From positions 565,822-629,821 of the forward strand of contig CAVUGM010000006.1 of NCBI GenBank assembly GCA_963741085.1: a stretch of DNA of 64,000 nt. Reading direction: 5' to 3'. Both the position numbers and the translations under genes were made by a program. The stretch is from an uncultured Chloroflexia bacterium. GTDB lineage: Bacteria > Chloroflexota > Limnocylindria > Limnocylindrales > CSP1-4. Under the pieces are notes generated by a model. It worked only from the letters and a program-made list of their open reading frames with translations. It had not been told where the DNA came from and made no database searches. Positions 59,642-64,000 of the stretch are shown piece after piece (position 1 is the stretch's first letter; each line of letters begins with the position of its first letter).

Positions 59642-60666
59642 CCCGCCGGCCGCGGGTCGCGGTGATCTTCACCGGCGGGACGATCAGCATGACCGTGGAC
59701 ACCTCGGCCGGCGGAGTCGTGCCGACGCTGGCCGGGGCCGACCTGCTGGCCAGCGTACCCGGGCTCGCTGACCTCGCCGAGGTCACCCTGATCGACCTCG
59801 GACGGACGCCGGCCAGCCACTTCACCTTCGCCGACGTGCTGCGCATCCGGTCGCAGGTCGACGACGCCCTCGCCGACCCGGAGGTCCGCGGGGTCGTGGT
59901 CGTGCAGGGGACCGACACGCTCGAGGAGACGGCGTTCGCCTGGGACCTCTGCCACCGTGACGCCCGCCCGGTCGCCGTCACTGGCGCCATGCGGAACGCG
60001 AGCGAAGCGAGCTGGGACGGGCCGCGCAACCTGCGGGACGCGATCCGGGTCGCCGGGTCGCCCCGGGCTCGCGACGCCGGCGTCGTGGTCGTGCTGGGTG
60101 GGAAGGTCCACGCCGCGGACGCGGTTGCGAAGCGGCACGCGTCGGCGCTCGACGCCTTTGCCACCCGCGAGGGCCCGCCCCTGGGCGGAGTGGGGGAGCG
60201 CTCCCTCCGGTTGCGACCGCGCGGGCCCCGGCGGAGCCTCGCGATGACGCCGGCCGCAGCGGCGCTGCCCGTCTCGATCGTCATCGCCGCCCTGGACACG
60301 GACGGGAGCCAGGTCGACGCGGCTGTGCGTGACGGCGCTCGGGGCACCGTCGTCGCGGCCACCGGGTCAGGGAACACGCACCCCGACCTCCTGCGGGCGG
60401 CCATCGACGCGCGCAACGCCGGTGTGGCCGTGGCTCTCGCCTCGCGCACGGGCGCCGGATCCGTCGGCACGACATACGCCTTTCCAGGCGGCGGGGCGAC
60501 GTGGGCACGGGCCGGCATCCCGTTCGCCGGCGATCTCACGCCCGTGCAGGCGCGGGTTGCGCTGGCCCTCGGGCTGGGCGCGGGCCTGGTTGGCGACGCG
60601 TTGGCCGCCCTCCTCCTGGGCCCCGCCGCAGACCTGACGGACCGCTGGCCGCGGCCGATATCCTAG
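59638..60666 (+). CDS. L-asparaginase (type I / bacterial asparaginase family)
   Basis: VAVIFTGGTISM (Thr nucleophile motif); VVVVQGTDTLEETAFAW (TD motif); VLGGKVHAADAVAKRHASALDAF. Confidence 0.8.
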   Translation: MTRRPRVAVIFTGGTISMTVDTSAGGVVPTLAGADLLASVPGLADLAEVTLIDLGRTPASHFTFADVLRIRSQVDDALADPEVRGVVVVQGTDTLEETAFAWDLCHRDARPVAVTGAMRNASEASWDGPRNLRDAIRVAGSPRARDAGVVVVLGGKVHAADAVAKRHASALDAFATREGPPLGGVGERSLRLRPRGPRRSLAMTPAAAALPVSIVIAALDTDGSQVDAAVRDGARGTVVAATGSGNTHPDLLRAAIDARNAGVAVALASRTGAGSVGTTYAFPGGGATWARAGIPFAGDLTPVQARVALALGLGAGLVGDALAALLLGPAADLTDRWPRPIS

Positions 60667-60699
60667 GGTCAGAGCCATCACCGCCGGAGGAGCGACCGC

Positions 60700-61029
60700 A
60701 TGCCCGACGACGTCCGAACAAGGGAGCTGAACGGCCGGCTCGAGACGATCAGCTGGGGCCTCTTCCTGATCATGATCGGCGGCTTTGCGCTGCTGAAGGA
60801 CGTCCCTTCGGGCACCTGGCTGATCGGCGCCGGCATCATCATGCTCGGGCTCAACGTCGTTCGGCTCGCACTCGGAATCCGCGCCAGCTGGTTCACCCTG
60901 ATCCTGGGCGCGATCGCGCTCCTGTCGGGGATCGGCAGCGTCTACGGGATCGACATCCCGGTCGGACCGCTCCTCGTCATCCTCATCGGCCTGGCGATCA
61001 TCGTCCGGGCGCTGCAGCCCCGCTGGTAG
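60700..61029 (+). CDS. Hypothetical small membrane protein (109 aa, 3 TM)
   Basis: ISWGLFLIMIGGFALL...WLIGAGIIMLGLNVVRLALG...FTLILGAIALLSGIGSVYG...LLVILIGLAIIVRAL. Confidence 0.5.
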   Translation: MPDDVRTRELNGRLETISWGLFLIMIGGFALLKDVPSGTWLIGAGIIMLGLNVVRLALGIRASWFTLILGAIALLSGIGSVYGIDIPVGPLLVILIGLAIIVRALQPRW

Positions 61030-61166
61030 GGGCTGGCCGGCTGTCGCCTCCGTCTCGCCGGCGGCCACGCCGCCCGGTCCGTGCTCACCTGGGGTCCGTT
61101 CGTTGCCATGGATCCGCTGCCGGTTCGTCAGAACCGCGGTCTGCAGCCTGATGTCGGCCCACGTCA

Positions 61167-61238
61167 TCGCCGAGGCACGCCCCGGGACGCCCGGTGCCCG
61201 TCCATCCCGAAATGAAGCGAGCGCCGGGTGCGGAGCCG
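61167..61238. repeat. GC-rich palindromic repeat unit R-a
   Basis: CGCCCGGTGCCCGTCCATCCCG-AAATGAAGCGAG-CGCCGGGTGCGGAGCCG...GCCGGCC. Shares blocks CGCCCGGTGCG / GTCCCATCCCG / GCGGAGCC with five other copies at 61499-63589. Confidence 0.55.
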
Positions 61239-61498
61239 CGAGCCGGCCTACCCGAAAGGACGGGGAAAGGGGGGCCCTCTGGCCCTGTCCGGTGATCTGG
61301 GGATTGGTGGACGATCTCAGCAACGGGCCATCGAGGCCCCTGCAGATCGAGCCCCGGCACCGTCCCCCCCGGTTGCCGGGGTTCTCTGTATCTGCCAGGC
61401 CCTGACGCGCGGCGCGCGTCCCGCCGTCTAGCGGTGTTGGCCCGACCCTTCGTCTACGACTGACGCGAGCGGAAGGCGACCAGTCATCGCGAGGCAAT

Positions 61499-61579
61499 GG
61501 CCCCGGGCGCCCGGTGCGCCTCCCGTCCTGCCAATGAGCGGAGCGCCCGGTGCGGAGCCGATGGGCGGGAGGTCAGGCC
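61499..61579. repeat. GC-rich palindromic repeat unit R-b
   Basis: GGCCCCGGGCGCCCGGTGCGCCTCCCGTCCTGCCAATGAGCGGAGCGCCCGGTGCGGAGCCGATGGGCGGGAGGTCAGGCC. Flanked by a 'GGCC' terminal inverted repeat. Confidence 0.55.
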
Positions 61580-61630
61580 AGTCTTCACGACCGGAGCAGG
61601 TTGCGGCCCGCTCCGGTCGTGCTCTCGCCG

Positions 61631-62118
61631 CTACTGCGAGTTCTGGCCCCCGGTGGTGTAGATCGAGATGTTGCCCGACACGACCTCCCAGGCCGGGTTC
61701 ACGTTGTCGAGGAAGGTGTCCGCCGACCCACCGTCGGAGACCCGGTAATCGACGGGAAAGTCGAGGCAACCGCTCGGCGGGTTGATGATGCATTCCTCCA
61801 TGTGGAGCATGGCGCCCTGCGCCCCAGTCGGGGTCTTGAAGTAGTCGACGCTCTTCACGCTGTACTCGTGGATCTGGCCCACGTTCGGTTCGTCGACGCC
61901 GCCGGTGAGCCCATAGAGCTCCAGGTAGCCGAACTGCACCACACCCGACGTCGTCCGTACCTCGAATCGGGCGAGCCACTCCCGGCTGAGCGCGGGCTCG
62001 AAGACCTTAACGGTGCCATCCACATGCTTCGTGACGGGCGTCGTGCCGGCGCTGACGAACGGCACAGCGGCGAGGACGAAGAGCGCGATCGCTCCGACAG
62101 TGATGAGCCTCCGCATCG
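61631..62118 (-). CDS. Hypothetical secreted protein (~160 aa)
   Basis: Signal peptide MRRLITVGAIALFVLAAVPFVSA, then ...VQFGYLELYGLTGGVDEPNVGQIHEYSV...ECIINPPSGCLDFPVDYRVSDGGSADTFLDNVNPAWEV. Preceded by conserved RNA motif copy 4. Confidence 0.5.
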
Positions 62119-62200
62119 CGGAACCCTCCCTCGGGACGCATTCCTCGCGGGTCGGTCTCGCCAGTGGCTCGGCGCGGTCCCGGCGGCCGGGTTTGGACCG
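62119..62200 (-). promoter_or_regulatory. Conserved structured 5'-UTR RNA motif, copy 4 (3' core plus variant stem)
   Basis: Sense: CGCGGUCC-AAACCCGGCCGCCGGG-ACCGCG-CCGAGCCA-CUGGCGAGACCGACC-CGCGAGGAAUGCGUCCCGAGGGAGGGUUCCGCG-AUG. The 8-bp stem CGCGGUCC/GGACCGCG replaces ACGGUCG/CGACCGU of copy 1 (covariation). Confidence 0.4.
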
Positions 62201-62289
62201 CGTGTCAACGCTCCCCGTCATCAGTCACAGATGCGGCCAGGGGTCCAGGTGTCCCAGGTGCTCTATTCGGCATGGTGCCCGGAGGCAAC

Positions 62290-62368
62290 GGCCCCAGAGA
62301 CCGGGTGCGCGTCCCATCACGCCACTATCGAGGCTGAGCGGTGGATCCAGTTCGGAGCCCGGGGGCTG
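62290..62368. repeat. GC-rich palindromic repeat unit R-c (divergent)
   Basis: GGCCCCAGAGACCGGGTGCGCGTCCCATCACGCC...GGAGCCCGGGGGCTGACC. Confidence 0.45.
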
Positions 62369-62410
62369 ACCTCGATTGTGGTCCCCTGACCAGCCAGACC
62401 CAATGGGGGA

Positions 62411-62654
62411 CTACCTCGTTGCGCTCGCCCCCGGGAGCGCCGCCCATGCCCTGAGAGCGGCGATCTCGGTCGGTCCCCTCCCCGTGATCGCCCCGCACTT
62501 GGCGTACTGTTCCGACTGCCGCAGGTCGATCGCCGAGAGCTGCGAGCGCTCTCCGTCGCCGTGGTAGACGCACGGCCCCACCGGGCCAGCCCGCAAGGTT
62601 GCGACGGTATCGTGCACGGCGGCCCAGGCGCGTTCGCGGACGTCGTCGGTCATG
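62411..62654 (-). CDS. Hypothetical small protein (~80 aa)
   Basis: MTDDVRERAWAAVHDTVATLRAGPVGPCVYHGDGERSQLSAIDLRQSEQYAKCGAITGRGPTEIAALRAWAA. Protein-like composition, weak evidence. Confidence 0.3.
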
Positions 62655-62670
62655 ACGGCAGGCGTAGAGC

Positions 62671-62744
62671 GGCCCCCGGTCGCCGGGTGCGTCCCCGCCC
62701 CGTCCCGAAGGACGGGGCGGGCGTCCCGCGCGGAGCCGGGGGCC
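62671..62744. repeat. GC-rich palindromic repeat unit R-d
   Basis: GGCCCCCGG-TCGCCGGGTGCGTCCCCG-CCCCGTCC-CGAA-GGACGGGG-CGGGCGTCCCGCGCGGAGCC-GGGGGCC. Has a 9-bp terminal stem, a central 8-bp hairpin with a GAAG/UUCG loop and two flanking G3-4/C3-4 hairpins (cloverleaf-like). Confidence 0.55.
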
Positions 62745-62886
62745 TGCCAGCCGACGAGGGGCACCCGCCCCCCACTTCGGGGCCTGGCGCCGGCCTGCCT
62801 GCATCGTGAAAGGCGCAACGTGGCGCGCAAGGGTCAACCGGGCCCCGGCCAAGCAAGCTTGGTGCGTCAACGCACCGGAACGTCAC

Positions 62887-62940
62887 GGCCGCGGTCGCCC
62901 GGTGCGCGTCCCCATCCCGCAAACGGGGCGGAGCGCCGAC
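62887..62940. repeat. GC-rich palindromic repeat unit R-e (immediately 3' of the stop codon at 62942)
   Basis: GGCCGCGGTCGCCCGGTGCGCGTCCCCATCCCGCAAACGGGGCGGAGCGCCGAC. Confidence 0.5.
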
Positions 62941-62941
62941 G

Positions 62942-63402
62942 CTATCTGGTCGGTTCGGCGGCGAAGTGACCGCCGATATTGAGGACCGTGCTCGGGACGA
63001 AGAGCAACAGGTAGACGACCCAGGCGGCAGGCTCGATGTTCCACAGCGGCCACCACATGAACATCTGGGCCGAGAAGTAGAGCGCCAGGTACGGGCCAAG
63101 GACGTTCCACGCGATGGGCGGACGGCGCCACTGGCGCGGGCGCCACACGTCGACGATCGCCCCGAACAGAGCCCACGCAGCCACCAGGAGAGGGCCGACG
63201 AATAGCCTCCACGTCTGTCCGTCGAGGAACAGCCACGCTCCGAGCGGCAGTCCGAGCCCGCCGAAGGCGTACACGACCCAGCCGAAGCGCGCCGCCAGCT
63301 GCTGCGACCAACGACGCGCCGCGAAGTAGCCCAGGAGCAGCGTCTCCGTTGCCAACCCGAATGCGACGAAGGCAAGTTCCGCCCCGGTCACATGCTCTCC
63401 AC
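62942..63402 (-). CDS. Hypothetical integral membrane protein (~150 aa, 4 TM)
   Basis: GTG start. AELAFVAFGLATETLLLGYFAARRW...FGWVVYAFGGLGLPLGAWLFL...LFVGPLLVAAWALFGAIVDVW...NVLGPYLALYFSAQMFMWWPLWNIEPAAWVVYLLLF. Confidence 0.5.
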
Positions 63403-63523
63403 GCGATGAAGGTCGATCGGAAGGCCTCGGAACGCAAGAGGCGAACGACCCGCTGAACGAAAGGCGCCCGCCTTGCGAGGTGAGGGTCACGCCCGCCGGT
63501 CACCGGGCAGGCAACAGCACTCG

Positions 63524-63589
63524 CCGCACGAACGGCCCCCGGACGCCCGCGTGCTCGTCCCATCCTCCGAATGGCGGGCGCCCGGTGCG
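63524..63589. repeat. GC-rich palindromic repeat unit R-f
   Basis: GGCCCCCGGACGCCCGCGTGCTCGTCCCATCCTCCGAATGGCGGGCGCCCGGTGCGGAACCAGGCC. Confidence 0.55.
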
Positions 63590-63600
63590 GAACCAGGCCG

Positions 63601-63957
63601 TTAGATCAGGTCGACGATGGCCTCGTTCCAGGCGCCCATCCAGCGCACCATCCCCGCATCGACCACAGCAGTGACGACGCCGACGCCATTGAGGCAGGCG
63701 TCCGCCCGCATGGTCATACGCTGGAATTCCGGCGCCATGCTGAGGCGCCCCAGCTTCTCGGGATCGCCGCGCAGCAAGGCGAAGCCGCCAAGATCGCCCC
63801 CGTGGGAGTTCAGTTCCGCGAACTCGAAGCTCTCGATCTGGCCTGCCGTCTTGAGCCCGTTCCAGTAGGCGACGGCTTCCTCGAACACCTTGGCCGCGGC
63901 GAGTTCCTTGCCGGCGCGCTGCGAGCCCCAGCCGATGAACAATGCGTACTCGGCCAC
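63601..63957 (-). CDS. Hypothetical small cytoplasmic protein (118 aa), paralogue of 37820..38173
   Basis: (GTG)AEYALFIGWGSQRAGKELAAAKVFEEAVAYWNGLKTAGQIESFEFAELNSHGGDLGGFALLRGDPEKL..., sharing IGWG...IESFE...GGDLGGF..LRG..EKL with the 38-kb paralogue. Confidence 0.5.
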   Translation of the reverse strand: MAEYALFIGWGSQRAGKELAAAKVFEEAVAYWNGLKTAGQIESFEFAELNSHGGDLGGFALLRGDPEKLGRLSMAPEFQRMTMRADACLNGVGVVTAVVDAGMVRWMGAWNEAIVDLI

Positions 63958-64000
63958 AGCGAAATCCTCCCCGAACTCTGCTGCGGGTCGGTCTCGCCAG
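63958..64000 (-). promoter_or_regulatory. Conserved structured 5'-UTR RNA motif, copy 3 (truncated by window end)
   Basis: Sense: ...CUGGCGAGACCGACC-CGCAGCAGAGUUCGGGGAGGAUUUCGCU-GUG. The core is identical to copies 1, 2 and 4, followed by an SD-containing linker. Confidence 0.4.

Noticed and set aside
62671-62744. tRNA or tRNA-like gene (cloverleaf-like fold, ~74 nt)
   Set aside because: No conserved tRNA positions (U8, G18G19, T-loop TTCRA, anticodon-loop U33) and no CCA context. The resemblance is only in size and multi-hairpin shape.
61167-63589. CRISPR array
   Set aside because: The six repeat units are imperfect, of different lengths and irregularly spaced (70 bp to 550 bp apart), with genes between them. 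There is no repeat-spacer periodicity and no cas genes.

Overview
High-GC (~70%+) chromosomal segment, most likely from an Actinomycetota-type genome. The gene content suggests this: cmk-plsC-der block, nrdR, mycoredoxin-like redoxins, DUF881/DUF951 cluster, MmyB-like regulator, EtfD-EtfB-EtfA. 

Gene order, left to right:
- Housekeeping block: pseudouridine synthase C-terminus, amidohydrolase, cmk, plsC, ispH, der, tRNA-Pro(GGG), followed by about 4 kb of poorly coding DNA.
- Group II PLP decarboxylase plus aldehyde dehydrogenase.
- Envelope and membrane genes: GtrA, LPG-synthase-TM-like, DUF1003, DUF4332, DUF1461-like.
- moaC-moaB, EtfD-like/etfB/etfA, nrdR, dcd, MBL hydrolase.
- Thiol-redox cluster: TlpA-like, ccdA, glutaredoxin-like.
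- tRNA-Arg(CCT) overlapped antisense by a recombinase-like gene remnant.
- An accessory-looking stretch (28-46 kb): SnoaL, DUF2200, VOC, MmyB regulator, AKR, peptidase E, DHFR-like, adenylate cyclase, Ser/Thr kinase, ICMT, Zn-ADH, cupin, DUF2255, S1 protease, DinB-like, large secreted protein.
- An intact fused 2Fe-2S/molybdopterin XDH-family enzyme, a C-N hydrolase, two RNA methyltransferases, a peptide-type ABC SBP, an MA-like metalloprotease, DUF881 x2 plus DUF951, an MFS transporter, asparaginase, and a terminal repeat-rich locus of small minus-strand genes.

No rRNA, CRISPR array or complete mobile element was seen. Many conserved genes carry single-base frameshifts, which fits a noisy assembly better than true pseudogenes; coordinates of frameshifted genes are approximate.

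The two observations most worth following up are:
- An unassigned, structured ~100-nt 5'-UTR RNA motif present in at least 4 copies upstream of unrelated small minus-strand genes. It is a candidate riboswitch or cis-regulatory RNA.
- A family of six 55-85-nt GC-rich palindromic repeats packed into the last 3 kb.
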